Shown here piece after piece: positions 47,116 through 60,351 of a stretch of DNA of 64,000 bases (position 1 is the first letter of the stretch; every line of letters starts with the position of its first letter). The DNA comes from Escherichia coli. Its GTDB lineage: Bacteria > Pseudomonadota > Gammaproteobacteria > Enterobacterales > Enterobacteriaceae. The stretch lies in assembly GCF_044324875.1 (NCBI RefSeq), contig NZ_CP172185.1. One strand, 5' to 3'. The notes beneath the pieces were generated by a model, which saw only the letters and a program-made list of their open reading frames with translations, ran no database searches and was not told the DNA's origin. A program made the translations under genes and the position numbers.

Positions 47116-48792
47116 ATGCATCACGCCACCCCGCTTATCACCACCATTGTTGGCGGCCTTGTGCTCGCCTTTATCCTCGGCATGCTGGCCAATAAACTAC
47201 GTATTTCTCCTCTGGTGGGATATCTGTTAGCGGGTGTGCTGGCAGGACCATTCACTCCGGGCTTTGTTGCCGATACCAAGCTTGCGCCGGAACTGGCTGA
47301 ACTGGGCGTCATTCTGTTGATGTTTGGCGTGGGTCTGCACTTTTCGCTGAAGGATTTGATGGCGGTAAAGGCCATCGCCATTCCCGGCGCGATCGCCCAG
47401 ATAGCCGTGGCGACGCTGCTGGGTATGGCGCTCTCCGCCGTGCTGGGCTGGTCGTTAATGACCGGTATCGTGTTCGGCTTATGCCTTTCCACCGCCAGTA
47501 CCGTGGTGTTACTGCGCGCACTTGAAGAACGGCAATTAATAGACAGTCAGCGTGGGCAAATCGCCATCGGTTGGTTGATTGTGGAAGACCTGGTAATGGT
47601 TCTGACGCTGGTGTTGCTGCCCGCAGTTGCAGGAATGATGGAACAAGGCGATGTGGGCTTTGCCACTCTTGCTGTCGATATGGGGATCACCATCGGCAAG
47701 GTGATCGCATTTATCGCCATTATGATGCTGGTAGGTCGCCGTCTGGTGCCGTGGATTATGGCACGCAGCGCAGCAACCGGTTCCCGTGAGCTGTTTACCC
47801 TGTCGGTGCTGGCGCTGGCGTTAGGGATTGCCTTTGGTGCGGTGGAGCTGTTTGATGTCTCCTTTGCACTCGGTGCGTTCTTTGCCGGGATGGTACTGAA
47901 CGAGTCTGAACTGAGTCACCGTGCCGCCCACGATACGCTGCCATTGCGCGATGCGTTTGCGGTGCTGTTTTTTGTCTCCGTCGGGATGTTGTTTGATCCG
48001 TTAATTCTGATTCAGCAACCGCTGGCAGTGCTGGCGACGCTGGCGATTATTCTGTTTGGTAAGTCGTTAGCCGCTTTTTTCCTGGTGCGACTGTTTGGTC
48101 ACTCCCAACGTACGGCATTAACTATCGCCGCCAGCCTGGCGCAAATTGGTGAGTTCGCGTTTATCCTGGCGGGACTGGGCATGGCGCTGGATCTGTTGCC
48201 GCAAGCCGGGCAGAACCTGGTACTGGCAGGGGCGATTTTGTCGATTATGCTCAACCCGGTCCTGTTTGCGCTGCTGGAGAAATATCTGGCGAAGACCGAA
48301 ACGCTGGAAGAGCAGACGCTGGAAGAGGCTATCGAAGAAGAGAAGCAGATCCCAGTGGATATTTGCAACCATGCGCTACTGGTAGGTTACGGTCGTGTAG
48401 GCAGCCTGCTGGGGGAGAAATTGCTCGCCTCTGATATTCCGCTGGTGGTGATTGAGACGTCACGAACCCGTGTTGATGAACTGCGAGAGCGCGGGGTCCG
48501 CGCAGTATTGGGCAATGCAGCGAACGAAGAAATTATGCAACTGGCGCATCTGGAATGTGCTAAATGGCTGATCCTGACGATTCCCAACGGTTATGAAGCG
48601 GGCGAGATTGTGGCATCTGCCCGCGCGAAAAATCCGGATATTGAGATTATCGCCCGCGCCCATTATGACGATGAAGTGGCGTATATCACCGAACGTGGCG
48701 CGAATCAGGTAGTGATGGGTGAGCGTGAAATTGCTCGTACTATGCTAGAACTGCTGGAAACACCACCGGCGGGTGAAGTGGTGACGGGGTAA
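47116..48792 (+). CDS. ybaL: CPA2-family cation:proton antiporter YbaL with C-terminal TrkA-N domain
   Basis: 558 aa; membrane domain followed by a Rossmann-like GYGRVG segment. Confidence 0.92.
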   Translation: MHHATPLITTIVGGLVLAFILGMLANKLRISPLVGYLLAGVLAGPFTPGFVADTKLAPELAELGVILLMFGVGLHFSLKDLMAVKAIAIPGAIAQIAVATLLGMALSAVLGWSLMTGIVFGLCLSTASTVVLLRALEERQLIDSQRGQIAIGWLIVEDLVMVLTLVLLPAVAGMMEQGDVGFATLAVDMGITIGKVIAFIAIMMLVGRRLVPWIMARSAATGSRELFTLSVLALALGIAFGAVELFDVSFALGAFFAGMVLNESELSHRAAHDTLPLRDAFAVLFFVSVGMLFDPLILIQQPLAVLATLAIILFGKSLAAFFLVRLFGHSQRTALTIAASLAQIGEFAFILAGLGMALDLLPQAGQNLVLAGAILSIMLNPVLFALLEKYLAKTETLEEQTLEEAIEEEKQIPVDICNHALLVGYGRVGSLLGEKLLASDIPLVVIETSRTRVDELRERGVRAVLGNAANEEIMQLAHLECAKWLILTIPNGYEAGEIVASARAKNPDIEIIARAHYDDEVAYITERGANQVVMGEREIARTMLELLETPPAGEVVTG

Positions 48793-48826
48793 ACGGTGGT
48801 TGCCGGATGTAAAATATGAAAAATAT

Positions 48827-48910
48827 GTAGGCATGATAAGACGCGCCAGCGTCGCATCAGGCATTGAGAGCAAAATGCCAGATGCGGCGTGAACGCCTTA
48901 TCTGGCCTAC
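48827..48910. repeat. BIME / REP elements (two inverted REP units)
   Basis: gtaggcatgataagacgcgccagcgtcgcatcaggc and gccagatgcggcgtgaacgccttatctggcctac match REP consensus types. Confidence 0.8.
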
Positions 48911-48924
48911 GAACCGACGATAAC

Positions 48925-50229
48925 TTAACGATCCCAGTAAGACTCTTCCAGGCTGTCTTCACGCTCCGGCAAGCCGCGCGTTAAACGAGGTGAATGCTGG
49001 TTCAGTACCTGATAGCTCACACGGTTAGCATATTTACACACCTGCGCTAACGATGAATAAGTTAACCAGGTGAATTTATGTTTGCTGGAGTTTGGTACGT
49101 TGCTACGGTGGTAGCTGTTGGCGGTAATATCATGCAGCAACGCTGCCAATGCGCCATCCCCTGCTCCGTTAGTGTTCATGATTTTTTCCGGCCCGCCCAT
49201 GTACGGCGCAATGTGCGAATAGACACGCAGCGGATTCTGGCAATCCTTGTGGCGCATGGCGCGGCTAAACTCATACTGGTTAAATTCCGCTATAGCGCCC
49301 GGCAGCAGTGGATGCTGGGTTTTACGTTTCGCTTCGTCTTCAGTAAAGCCCGCCATATACAAGCCGATTGGCCCGGCGGTGCACAGCACCAGATCAACCC
49401 AGTCCAGCGCCTTGTCAGATGCCAACAACGGATCGCTTTCTCCGGTCAACGCTTCGGCCTCATCTTCGTTCATCGCAAGGATAGAGACGTGATCTTTGAG
49501 GAATTGCTGCCACCACTGCGGATTCTCGGCAATGACAAACTTGGTGCCCAGCGTCAGCACCACCGGTACGTTATATTTCTTCGCGTACTCAATGGCTTTC
49601 ATGGTTGCTTCCGGCATGGGTTCACCCGGCTTGCAACGCACCAGATAAGAAGTGAGAACCAGTGCCGAGGCTCCGGCAATCACATCTTCCGGAATACTTT
49701 CAGCCCGCAGCTGGTTCATGTGGCCAGGGCTGATAGCAAAGGTACGTTCCCCGGACTCGCCAATCAGCGTAAAGCAACGACCTATCGGGCCATCCACGCC
49801 TTGTAGATAGTTAAGATCGGTACGGCTGGAGGTGTTACACAGGTAACGATAGGCATAGCTGCCAATTTCAATATTGCTGCACATGACGCCCAGCAGCACC
49901 TAACGGTCGTCCGCGAGCACCGAGTAGTTGTGCATGGTGTTACCAATAGTGCCACCCGCAAACTGATGGGTAATCAGGTTTTTCTGTTTTAGTTCCTGAT
50001 AAAGCGCTTCGGCTACGTCATCCTCAATCACCAGTGAATGCCCGGCGCTTAATCCATAACGCTCAATGAATTCATCATCCACTTTCGCTTCAATATCGAC
50101 CAGCGTTTGATCGATACCCACTACCCAGGCGGCGCTGGTTTCGTTTTCTGGCTGGAACTGCTGAAGCAGCGGATCGCGTGCATTTACAGGGAAGTAATGT
50201 TTGGATTTACGTTTACCGGGAAATTTCAT
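48925..50229 (-). pseudogene. gsk: Inosine-guanosine kinase gene interrupted by an in-frame TAG at codon 110 (minus-strand stop = plus 49900..49902)
   Basis: Two adjacent same-frame ORFs (109 aa + 324 aa) separated by a single TAG; combined length 434 codons equals full-length Gsk. Confidence 0.8.
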
Positions 50230-50380
50230 GGTTGTTTTTACGGGTGGTTAACTGAGCGGCGAATGTTAACACAATCTGACGGGAGCGCGCGAGACGCAGC
50301 CAGTTTCAATATCAGCAGGCGGGATCGCATTTTCATGGCAGTGGTTCCTTACAATGACGTAATTTGAAAGGAGTTTTTGC

Positions 50381-51340
50381 ATGAAGCCGGAAAACCAATT
50401 ACCCGTTCTGGACCTTATTTCTGCTGAAATGAAGACCGTTGTGAATACTCTTCAGCCGGATTTACCGCCCTGGCCCGCTACGGGAACGATTGCTGAGCAA
50501 CGACTGTATTACGCGCTTGAGCGCCGATTCTGGAATGCGGGCGCTCCAGAAATGGCAACCAGAGCTTACATGGTTCCAACAAAATATGGGCAGGTGGAAA
50601 CACGTCTCTTTTGTCCGCAGCCAGATAGTCCGGCGACGCTATTTTATTTGCATGGCGGCGGTTTTATTCTCGGCAATCTCGATACCCACGATCGCATCAT
50701 GCGCCTGCTGGCAAGCTACAGCCAATGTACGGTGATTGGCATTGATTACACCCTTTCACCTGAAGCGCGTTTTCCGCAAGCAATAGAGGAAATTGTGGCT
50801 GCCTGTTGTTATTTCCACCAGCAGGCGGAAGATTATCAAATCAATATGTCCCGCATTGGCTTTGCCGGTGATTCCGCAGGTGCCATGTTGGCGCTCGCCA
50901 GTGCGTTGTGGTTGCGTGATAAACAGATCGATTGCGGTAAAGTTGCGGGCGTTTTGCTGTGGTATGGGCTTTACGGATTACGGGATTCCGTGACTCGTCG
51001 TCTGTTGGGCGGTGTCTGGGATGGCTTAACGCAACGGGATTTACAGATGTATGAAGAGGCGTATTTAAGCAACGACGCGGACCGCGAGTCGCCGTATTAC
51101 TGCCTGTTTAATAATGATCTCACTCGCGAAGTCCCGCCCTGTTTTATTGCCGGGGCGGAGTTCGATCCGCTGCTGGATGACAGCCGTCTGCTTTACCAGA
51201 CGTTAGCGGCGCATCAGCAGCCCTGTGAGTTCAAACTCTACCCAGGCACGCTGCACGCCTTTTTGCATTATTCACGGATGATGAAAACCGCCGACGAGGC
51301 TCTTCGCGACGGCGCTCAATTCTTTACCGCTCAGCTTTAG
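50381..51340 (+). CDS. aes: Acetyl esterase
   Basis: 319 aa with HGGG and GDSAG esterase motifs. Confidence 0.95.
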
Positions 51341-52299
51341 CGATACGCGGCAACAAGATTAGCCATCATTTCAATATGTTCCGGCGTGGCATTAAGCGCC
51401 GGAATATATTCGTATTTTTTCCCGCCCGCACCGAGGAAGACCTCACGGTTTTGCTCGGCAATCTCTTCCAGCGTCTCCAGACAATCCGCAGCAAAGCCCG
51501 GGCACATCACCTGAATATGACCTACGCCTTTTTCTCCGAGCATTTTCAGCGTTTCGTCGGTATAAGGCATCAGCCAGGGTTCCCGCCCAAAGCGCGACTG
51601 AAAGGTCATCATCACTTTTTCCGGTGCCATCCCCAGTGCGGAAGCCAGTTCGCGAGTCGTTGTGCGGCAACGCTGTGGGTAATCATCACCTTCATCTGCA
51701 TAACGTTGAGGAATGCCGTGATAAGAGAGCAGCAGCAGATCCGGCTCGCCATGTTTGGCAAAAGAAGCGCGTACGCTGTTCGCCAGTGCATTAATGTAAT
51801 CGTGGTTATCGGCGTAATCACGAATAAACGATATCCCCGGAATGCTACGTTTGCGCGCCAGAATGCGTGCCAGTTCATCCCATACCGCACCGACCGTTGA
51901 ACAGGAGTATTGCGGATAAAGCGGCAGCACCACAATATGATCTACATGCTCTGCCAGGAGTTCATCTACGGCGCTTTCCAGTGATGGCGAGCCGTAGCTC
52001 ATTCCCAGCGCTACGGGCGTCTCCGGTAAACGTTGTGCCAGCGCCTGCTGTTGCTGGCGGCTGTAAACCATCAGCGGCGAGCCACCTTCCATCCAGACAG
52101 AGGCATACAGCTTCGCCACACGCGGCGAGCGCAGCGGCAAAATCACGCCGCGCAGCAACGGCCACCATAACAACCGTGAGGTATCAACCACGCGTCTGTC
52201 GCTTAAAAATTGTTTCAGATAGCGTTTTACCGCTTCAGGTGTGGGGGCATCGGGCGTACCCAGGTTTGCCAGCAGGATACCGGTTTTAGTCTGACGCAT
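51337..52299 (-). CDS. hemH: Ferrochelatase
   Basis: 320 aa, synteny between aes and adk. Confidence 0.95.
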
Positions 52300-52430
52300 T
52301 ACCGCCTCTTATCGATTCAACTTGTTGATAATTGTAGCGGAAAAGTGAAGAAGAAGAACTAATTGCTGTGAGAGGTATTGCCTGAGGAGGATGAGCAGAC
52401 CTGCCCGAAAGCAGATCTGCTGCGGCTTGA

Positions 52431-53147
<717 letters not shown>

Positions 53148-53255
53148 TCAAGAAAGGCACCTGGGGCTGAAACGGTTAATGGCGAGATAATTTGCGGAAA
53201 GTGCAGATAATGAAAAGAAAAATGCCGGATGACACGAAGGTCATCCGGCATGACA

Positions 53256-55130
53256 TCAGGAAACCAGCAGCTGGTTCATACGACGAATAAACAGGTTCGG
53301 ATCTTCCAGCGTGCCGCGTTCTGCCAGCAGCGCCTGATCCAGCAGCAGTTCTACCCACTCGCTGAACTTCGCTTCATCTTCAGTATCTGCCGCACGTTTC
53401 ACCAGTACGTGATCCGGGTTCAGTTCGAAGATGTATTTCACTTCTGGCACTTTCTGGCCCGCCGCAGCGAACAGTTTCGCCATCTGAGTGCTCATTTCGT
53501 CCGCGTCGGTAGAGACAATCGCTGGCGTATCGGTCAGACGGTGAGTCAGACGGACATCTTTCACGCGCTCGCCGAGCAGGGCTTTCACACGGTCGATGAA
53601 CGGAGTCAGGGCTTTCTCCGCTTCTTTCGCGCTCTCATCAACTTCGTCAGCCAGTTTTTCCAGCGACTCGTCAACTTTAGACACAGACTGGAACGGTTTA
53701 CCGTCGAACTCAGTCAGATAGTTCATCATCCACTCATCGATGCGGTCGGAAAGCAGCAGAACTTCGATGCCTTTCTTACGCAGCAGTTCCAGGTGCGGGC
53801 TGCTCTTCGCTGCCGCATAGCTGTCTGCGGTGATGTAGTAAATTTTCTCCTGCCCTTCTTTCATGCGGGAAACGTAGTCTTCCAGAGACACGGTCTGCGC
53901 AGAAGAATCGGTATGAGTAGACGCAAAACGCAGCAGTTTGGCGATCGCTTCCTGGTTAGCGAAATCTTCCGCCGGACCTTCTTTCAGTACCAGGCCAAAC
54001 TGTTGCCAGAAGGTCTGGTATTTTTCCGCGTCGTCTTTCGCCAGTTTTTCCAGCATTTGCAGCACACGCTTGGTCAGCGCATTGCGCAGGTTACGCGTTA
54101 CCGTGCTGTCCTGGAGGATTTCACGGGAAACGTTCAGCGGCAGATCGCTGGAGTCAATCAGACCACGCACGAAGCGCAGATAGTTCGGCATGAACTGTTC
54201 TGCGTCGTCCATGATGAACACACGCTGGACGTACAGTTTCAGGCCATGTTTATGATCGCGGTTCCACATATCCCACGGAGCCTGGGACGGAATGTACAGC
54301 AGGCTGGTGTACTCCTGCTTACCTTCAACACGGTTGTGGCTCCAGGTCAGCGGATCGTTAAAGTCGTGGGCGATGTGTTTGTAGAACTCTTTGTACTCTT
54401 CATCGGTGATTTCCGACTTGTTACGGGTCCACAGCGCCTGCGCTTTGTTGATTTTCTCCCAGGAGATAACGGTTTCGCCGTCTTTCTCTTCGCGTTTTTC
54501 GATCTCTACCGGCAGCGCGATATGGTCGGAATATTTGCTGATGATGGAACGCACACGCCAGTCATCGAGGAACTCGTCTTCGCCTTCACGCAGATGCAGG
54601 GTGATTTCAGTACCACGATCTTCTTTAGTGATGTCGGCAACGGTGTATTCACCTTCGCCAGCCGATTCCCAGAAGACGCCGTTTTCTGGTTTTTCGCCTG
54701 CCGCGCGAGTACGCACGGTCACTTTGTCAGCCACGATAAAAGCAGAGTAGAAACCAACACCAAACTGACCGATCAGCTGGCTGTCTTTCGCCTGGTCAGA
54801 ACCCAGGGATTCGAGGAATGATTTGGTGCCGGATTTAGCGATAGTCCCCAGATGGTCAATCACTTCGTCGCGGGTCATCCCCACGCCGTTATCGGAGATG
54901 GTCAGCGTGCGCTTGTCTTTATCGAAAGAGACACGAACGCGCAGTTCGCCATCACCTTCGTACAGGTCCGGGTTAGAGAGCGCGCGGAAACGCAGCTTGT
55001 CCGCCGCATCGGAGGCGTTAGAGATAAGCTCACGCAGGAAGATTTCTTTATTGGAATAGAGAGAATGGATCATCAGGTGCAGAAGCTGTTTCACTTCTGA
55101 CTGAAAACCACGAGTTTCTTGTCCTTTCAT
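53256..55130 (-). CDS. htpG: Hsp90-family chaperone HtpG
   Basis: 624 aa; translation matches E. coli HtpG as recalled. Confidence 0.97.
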   Translation of the reverse strand: MKGQETRGFQSEVKQLLHLMIHSLYSNKEIFLRELISNASDAADKLRFRALSNPDLYEGDGELRVRVSFDKDKRTLTISDNGVGMTRDEVIDHLGTIAKSGTKSFLESLGSDQAKDSQLIGQFGVGFYSAFIVADKVTVRTRAAGEKPENGVFWESAGEGEYTVADITKEDRGTEITLHLREGEDEFLDDWRVRSIISKYSDHIALPVEIEKREEKDGETVISWEKINKAQALWTRNKSEITDEEYKEFYKHIAHDFNDPLTWSHNRVEGKQEYTSLLYIPSQAPWDMWNRDHKHGLKLYVQRVFIMDDAEQFMPNYLRFVRGLIDSSDLPLNVSREILQDSTVTRNLRNALTKRVLQMLEKLAKDDAEKYQTFWQQFGLVLKEGPAEDFANQEAIAKLLRFASTHTDSSAQTVSLEDYVSRMKEGQEKIYYITADSYAAAKSSPHLELLRKKGIEVLLLSDRIDEWMMNYLTEFDGKPFQSVSKVDESLEKLADEVDESAKEAEKALTPFIDRVKALLGERVKDVRLTHRLTDTPAIVSTDADEMSTQMAKLFAAAGQKVPEVKYIFELNPDHVLVKRAADTEDEAKFSEWVELLLDQALLAERGTLEDPNLFIRRMNQLLVS

Positions 55131-55181
55131 GTAGGTCTACCTCAATAATGCCATTTTAAGGTTAAAAACAGGATGTGGGAG

Positions 55182-55210
55182 AGATGGGGACAAGGGAGAA
55201 TAATTTCAAG
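55182..55210 (-). promoter_or_regulatory. Sigma32 heat-shock promoter of htpG (CTTGAAA-N14-CCCCATCT on minus strand)
   Basis: Minus-strand cttgaaattattctcccttgtccccatct about 50 nt upstream of the htpG ATG; matches the sigma32 consensus. Confidence 0.8.
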
Positions 55211-55239
55211 CGAGAGCAGGTGATCCTGCTCTCGTTTGC

Positions 55240-55844
55240 TTAAAAACGAATCTTATGACGCCCGGCAAGGGAGTGTGACAGCGTGGTGCCATCGACCATT
55301 TCCAGCTCGCCGCCAACCGGTACGCCATGAGCGATTCGGCTGGCTTCCACGTCATATTGCGCGCAAAGCTCGGCAATGTAGTTAGCGGTAGCTTCACCTT
55401 CAACCGTGGGGTTGGTGGCGAGGATCACTTCAGTGATTTTTTCCTCTGCCAGACGCTGTTCCAGACGATCAAGCCCGATATCATCCGGACCGATGCCGTC
55501 CAGCGGTGACAGGTGTCCCATCAACACAAAATAACGGCCTGAAAACTGCCCCGTCTGCTCAATGGCGTAGATGTCCGCCGGACTCTCCACCACGCAGATT
55601 TGACCGTTTTCCTGACGACGCGGATTCGAACAGATGTTACAGACTTCCTGTTCGGTGAAGGTGCGGCAATCGGCGCAGTGGCCGATTTCCGACATCGCCC
55701 GGGTGAGCGCCTGCGCCAGACGCATCCCGCCGCTACGATCGCGCTGAAGCAGCGTGAACGCCATACGCTGCGCCGACTTCGGGCCAACGCCCGGCAGACA
55801 GCGCAGTGCTTCCATAAGCTGTGTTAACAGCGGGCTGGTTTGCA

Positions 55845-55845
<1 letters not shown>
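55240..55845 (-). CDS. recR: Recombination protein RecR
   Basis: 201 aa with C4 zinc finger (CADCRTF...CNIC) and Toprim region. Confidence 0.97.
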
Positions 55846-56189
<344 letters not shown>

Positions 56190-56226
56190 TCACGTTAAGG
56201 ATGACGAACGTAAGCTGTGCTTACGA

Positions 56227-58158
56227 TCAAATGGGGCGGATACTTTCTTCATCCAGCTCCGCATCGAAGAATCGACGCAGGGTCTGAATATTATTATCCG
56301 CAATAATGGACTCGCGCGCCTGCGCAAGTTTTTCTTCGTATATCGCCTGACGCCATTCCAGCGGCGTACGCACCGCGGGATTATCATCTTCAACGATAGT
56401 CAGTTCAACCGTTGAACCTTTTAACGTGCTCAACGCTTCAGCCAGTTTTTGCTGTGCGCCGCGGTTGTTCAAATGCCGCTGAGAGGAGCGCAAATGCAGA
56501 CATACTGCGTTGTCGCTCTCCTCTTTCCAGGCATTTAACGCCACCTGTTCGACCAGTTTTGGTAGCGAAAGTTGACTCACCTGAGCCGCCCACGGGTCGC
56601 GCTCAATGGCTTCTGCCGCCAGCTTCGCCGCCAGTTCCGGCGTTTTTTCATGTTCCAGCGCTTTTTTTAGCGCCTTCGGCGTGGCGACCACTTCTTTTTG
56701 CTGCATCACTGGAGTGGTAGCCTTCCAGCGATACGCTTCTTTTTTGGCTGGCGCTTTTTCCAGCGCCGATGGCACCGGACGCGCCTGAACGCGATCGGTG
56801 ACCGAAGCCAGTCTTTCCAGCGCAGCGTTATTCACCGGCCGCGCGCGGGTAGCGGCTGCCGGTTCACTCTTTTTTGCTTTGGTTGCTCCCTGCACGCGCT
56901 GCAACTGCTGGCGCGCCGCCAGCACCTGGCTGGTGGTTTCCGGGAGCGGTACAGTCGGTGCCTGCTGCGGCGCTGATTGCGGTTGTGGCGGCACCTGGGT
57001 TGGCGTCATTACTGCCGTTGGCGCAACGAGCGCAAAGGACTGGCGTGGCACTTCTGGCTCAGGCAGAGGCATACGCGGATGGAACGCCAGCGCGCGCAGC
57101 AGCGTCATCTCAACACCCATACGGCGGTCTGGCGCATACGGTAATTCTTTGCGACCAATCAACAGCGTCTGATAGTAAAGCTGAATATCCGTCGGCGGTA
57201 TGGTGCGCGCCAGTTCACGCATCCGCAGCTCAATGGCGGCCATGTCGTTGCCAAGAGCAGCAGGCGAAAGTTGTACCATCGCAATACGATGCAACAGACC
57301 GAGCATTTCCACCAGCAACGCTTCCCACTCGATACCACGGGCAGCAGCTTCATTAATTAGCGCCATTACGCGCTCGCCGTTGGCCTCGACCATCGCTTCA
57401 ACCAGCGATAACGCCTGATCGTCGTCAAGCGTACCCAGCATCGCACTGACCGCCTGGGTTGAAACCTGGCCGTCACCGCTGGCAATCGCCTGGTCGGTCA
57501 GACTTAAGGCATCTCGCAGGCTGCCTTCAGCGGCGCGTGCCAACAATTGCAGCGCCCGCGGCTCGTGAGCGATATGTTCTTCGTTGAGGATGTGCTCAAG
57601 CTGATGGCGAATTTGCTCGACATCCAGCGCCTTGAGATGAAATTGCAGACAGCGTGACAAAATCGTCACCGGCAATTTCTGCGGATCGGTCGTCGCCAGC
57701 AAAAACTTAACGTGCTCTGGCGGCTCTTCAAGGGTTTTTAACAGTGCGTTAAAGCTGTGACGCGACAGCATATGCACTTCGTCGATGAGATAAACTTTGA
57801 AACGACCACGCGCCGGAGCGTACTGGACGTTATCCAGCAGGTCGCGAGTGTCTTCAACTTTAGTGCGCGAGGCGGCGTCGATTTCAATCAGATCGACAAA
57901 GCGCCCCTGCTCGATTTCACGACAATTATCGCACACGCCGCACGGCGTCGCGGTAATGCCGGTTTCGCAGTTTAGCCCCTTCGCCAGCAGTCGGGCGATA
58001 GAGGTTTTTCCGACGCCACGGGTACCGGAAAAAAGATAAGCATGATGAATACGCCCTAACGACAAGCCGTTCGCCAGTGCGGTCAGCACATGTTCCTGGC
58101 CGACGACGTCAGCAAAGGTTTGTGGGCGCCATTTTCGGGCTAAGACCTGATAACTCAT
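56227..58158 (-). CDS. dnaX: DNA polymerase III tau subunit (gamma produced by frameshifting)
   Basis: 643 aa with AAA+ motifs; contains the A AAA AAG slippery site. Confidence 0.97.
   Translation of the reverse strand: MSYQVLARKWRPQTFADVVGQEHVLTALANGLSLGRIHHAYLFSGTRGVGKTSIARLLAKGLNCETGITATPCGVCDNCREIEQGRFVDLIEIDAASRTKVEDTRDLLDNVQYAPARGRFKVYLIDEVHMLSRHSFNALLKTLEEPPEHVKFLLATTDPQKLPVTILSRCLQFHLKALDVEQIRHQLEHILNEEHIAHEPRALQLLARAAEGSLRDALSLTDQAIASGDGQVSTQAVSAMLGTLDDDQALSLVEAMVEANGERVMALINEAAARGIEWEALLVEMLGLLHRIAMVQLSPAALGNDMAAIELRMRELARTIPPTDIQLYYQTLLIGRKELPYAPDRRMGVEMTLLRALAFHPRMPLPEPEVPRQSFALVAPTAVMTPTQVPPQPQSAPQQAPTVPLPETTSQVLAARQQLQRVQGATKAKKSEPAAATRARPVNNAALERLASVTDRVQARPVPSALEKAPAKKEAYRWKATTPVMQQKEVVATPKALKKALEHEKTPELAAKLAAEAIERDPWAAQVSQLSLPKLVEQVALNAWKEESDNAVCLHLRSSQRHLNNRGAQQKLAEALSTLKGSTVELTIVEDDNPAVRTPLEWRQAIYEEKLAQARESIIADNNIQTLRRFFDAELDEESIRPI
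56869..56875 (-). promoter_or_regulatory. dnaX programmed -1 frameshift heptamer A AAA AAG (tau/gamma)
   Basis: Plus-strand ctttttt at 56869..56875 = minus aaaaaag within ...GCA AAA AAG AGU GAA..., encoding the ...AKKSE... region of tau. Confidence 0.85.
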
Positions 58159-58286
58159 TGGCAGGCTCTGAAACGCTGGAAGGTGGATTCACGAAGGGGT
58201 AATGCTAACACAGCCCCGTCAGAACGGCGAGGCTGAATGCACATCTTGTGCTGTCCGTAGCGTGGGCAGCACAAGACTGGCGATAA

Positions 58287-58838
58287 TTAATGGCCCGGGA
58301 ACGGGACAAGGCTGTAGCTGGTAATGCCCTGTTTTTCGAGACGCTGTTCGCCGCCGAGATCGAACAGGTTGATAATGAACGCAGCGTCAGCCACTTCACC
58401 ACCCAGACGACGGATCAGTTTAACGGTCGCTTCGATAGTGCCGCCGGTTGCCAGCAGATCGTCCACCACCAGAACTTTGTCGCCCGGTTTGATGGCATCA
58501 ACGTGGATTTCCAGCTGATCGGTGCCGTATTCCAGATCGTAAGTTTCACTGATGGTCTCACGCGGCAGTTTGCCCGGTTTACGGACCGGTACAAAGCCAA
58601 CGCCCAGACCCAGAGCTACCGGAGCGCCAAACAAGAAGCCACGCGCTTCGGTGCCGACAACTTTGGTAATGCCCGCATTTTTGTAACGCTCAACCAGCAA
58701 GTCGATGCTGAGAGCGTAAGCTTTCGGGTCTTCCAGTAAGCTGGTGACATCACGGAAAAGAATGCCGGGTTTTGGGTAGTCCTGAATGCTTTTGATGCTA
58801 TTTTTGAGATACTCAAGCTGCTGTGCAGTCGCGGTCAT
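58287..58838 (-). CDS. apt: Adenine phosphoribosyltransferase (183 aa from [11 protein letters not shown])
   Basis: PRTase motif [13 protein letters not shown]; ORF track start 58892 is an over-extension. Confidence 0.95.
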
Positions 58839-58990
58839 AAGTGTATGCCTGCTTGTTACGGTGGTACTCACGGCGCGTTTTAAACGTATCAAAAGTAACA
58901 GTTGTTTAACCTTTGACCGCCTGCGCCTGTGCTCGAAAACGCCAGAATGTACTGGCTGTACGCAATAATTGCAACTGCGATTGTTGTGCT

Positions 58991-59368
58991 TCAGTGCTTT
59001 TCTTGCTTTTCATCAATCACCGGAATTCGCCACATATAAAAAAGCAAACAGGCGAGAATTACCAGCAACATGATGCGCACCCATGGCATCTGGACGAACC
59101 ACAGAGAAATTGCAAACGTGAGCAAAATAAGCAAAATCGCCCGCGGTTTGACGCCGCGCGGCATCGCATGATGTTTCTGCCAGAAACGTAGATAGCTGCC
59201 AAACCATGAGCGGTACAGCAACCAGGCGTGAAAGCGCGGGGAAGAACGGGCAAAGCACCAGGCCGCCAGCAGGATAAACGGCGTCGTCGGTAATACCGGT
59301 AATACCACGCCCAGCGTACCCAGCACTACCGCCAGCCAGCCAATGATGATTAAAATGATTCGTTGCAT
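58991..59368 (-). CDS. ybaN: Inner membrane protein YbaN (DUF454 family)
   Basis: 125-aa membrane protein, synteny between apt and priC. Confidence 0.85.
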
Positions 59369-59437
59369 ATTGAGTGTTGTCAGCTTACAGAGTGGCTACC
59401 TTAGCATAACAATTATCATTTTCATTGAGGTCTTATC

Positions 59438-59965
59438 GTGAAAACCGCCCTGCTGCTGGAAAAACTGGAAGGACAGCTCGCCACGCTGCGCCAGCGTTGT
59501 GCCCCGGTAGCGCAATTTGCCACGCTAAGTGCGCGTTTTGACAGGCACCTTTTTCAAACCCGTGCGACAACACTACAGGCTTGTCTCGATGAGACGGGCG
59601 ATAATCTGGCTGCGCTTCGTCATGCCGTTGAGCAACAGCAACTGCCGCAAGTCGCCTGGCTGGCAGAACATCTGGCGGCGCAACTGGAAGCCATCGCGCG
59701 TGAAGCCACAGCCTGGTCGCTACGCGAGTGGGACAGCGCGCCACCAAAAATTGCCCGCTGGCAGCGTAAACGTATTCAGCATCAGGATTTTGAGCGGCGG
59801 CTACGTGAGATGGTAACCGAACGTCGAGCCCGCCTGGCGCGGGTGACCGATCTCGTGGAACAGCAAACGCTGCATCGTGAAGTGGAAGCCTATGAAGCGC
59901 GCCTGGCACGCTGCCGCCATGCGCTGGAAAAAATCGAAAACAGGTTAGCGCGTTTAACCCGCTAG
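59438..59965 (+). CDS. priC: Primosomal replication protein N'' (PriC)
   Basis: 175 aa, synteny. Confidence 0.9.
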   Translation: MKTALLLEKLEGQLATLRQRCAPVAQFATLSARFDRHLFQTRATTLQACLDETGDNLAALRHAVEQQQLPQVAWLAEHLAAQLEAIAREATAWSLREWDSAPPKIARWQRKRIQHQDFERRLREMVTERRARLARVTDLVEQQTLHREVEAYEARLARCRHALEKIENRLARLTR

Positions 59966-59978
59966 CAATGGAGAGAGT

Positions 59979-60140
59979 ATGTCACTGGAAAATGCCCCTG
60001 ACGATGTCAAACTGGCTGTCGATTTGATTGTGCTGCTGGAAGAAAATCAGATCCCAGCGCGCACCGTGCTGCGCGCGCTGGATATTGTAAAACGCGATTA
60101 TGAAAAGAAATTAACGCGCGATGATGAGGCGGAAAAGTGA
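59979..60140 (+). CDS. ybaM: Small protein YbaM (53 aa; not in ORF track because under 60 aa)
   Basis: Manual translation [53 protein letters not shown] from ATG 59979 to TGA 60138..60140. Confidence 0.8.
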   Translation: MSLENAPDDVKLAVDLIVLLEENQIPARTVLRALDIVKRDYEKKLTRDDEAEK

Positions 60141-60193
60141 AAAATAAATGGGGCCGCTAAATGTCCCCTAAGATTGCGGGCAAACGCAAAACT

Positions 60194-60291
60194 GCCTGAT
60201 GCGCTACGCTTATCAGGCCTACACCGCTCCTGCAATATATTGAATTCTTGCGGTTTCGTAGGCCGGATAAGGCGGTCACGCCGCATCCGGC
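60194..60291. repeat. BIME / REP elements (two inverted REP units)
   Basis: gcctgatgcgctacgcttatcaggcctac and gtaggccggataaggcggtcacgccgcatccggc. Confidence 0.8.
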
Positions 60292-60351
60292 ATGAACAAC
60301 GCGCACTTTGTCAGTAATCTCGGGGCAACTAAATGTCGCCCCCTTTGGTTA

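Noticed and set aside
53229-54821. 530-aa plus-strand ORF
   Set aside because: Entirely antisense to htpG, which has a full-length conserved translation; low-complexity F/R/Q-rich composition typical of antisense frames.
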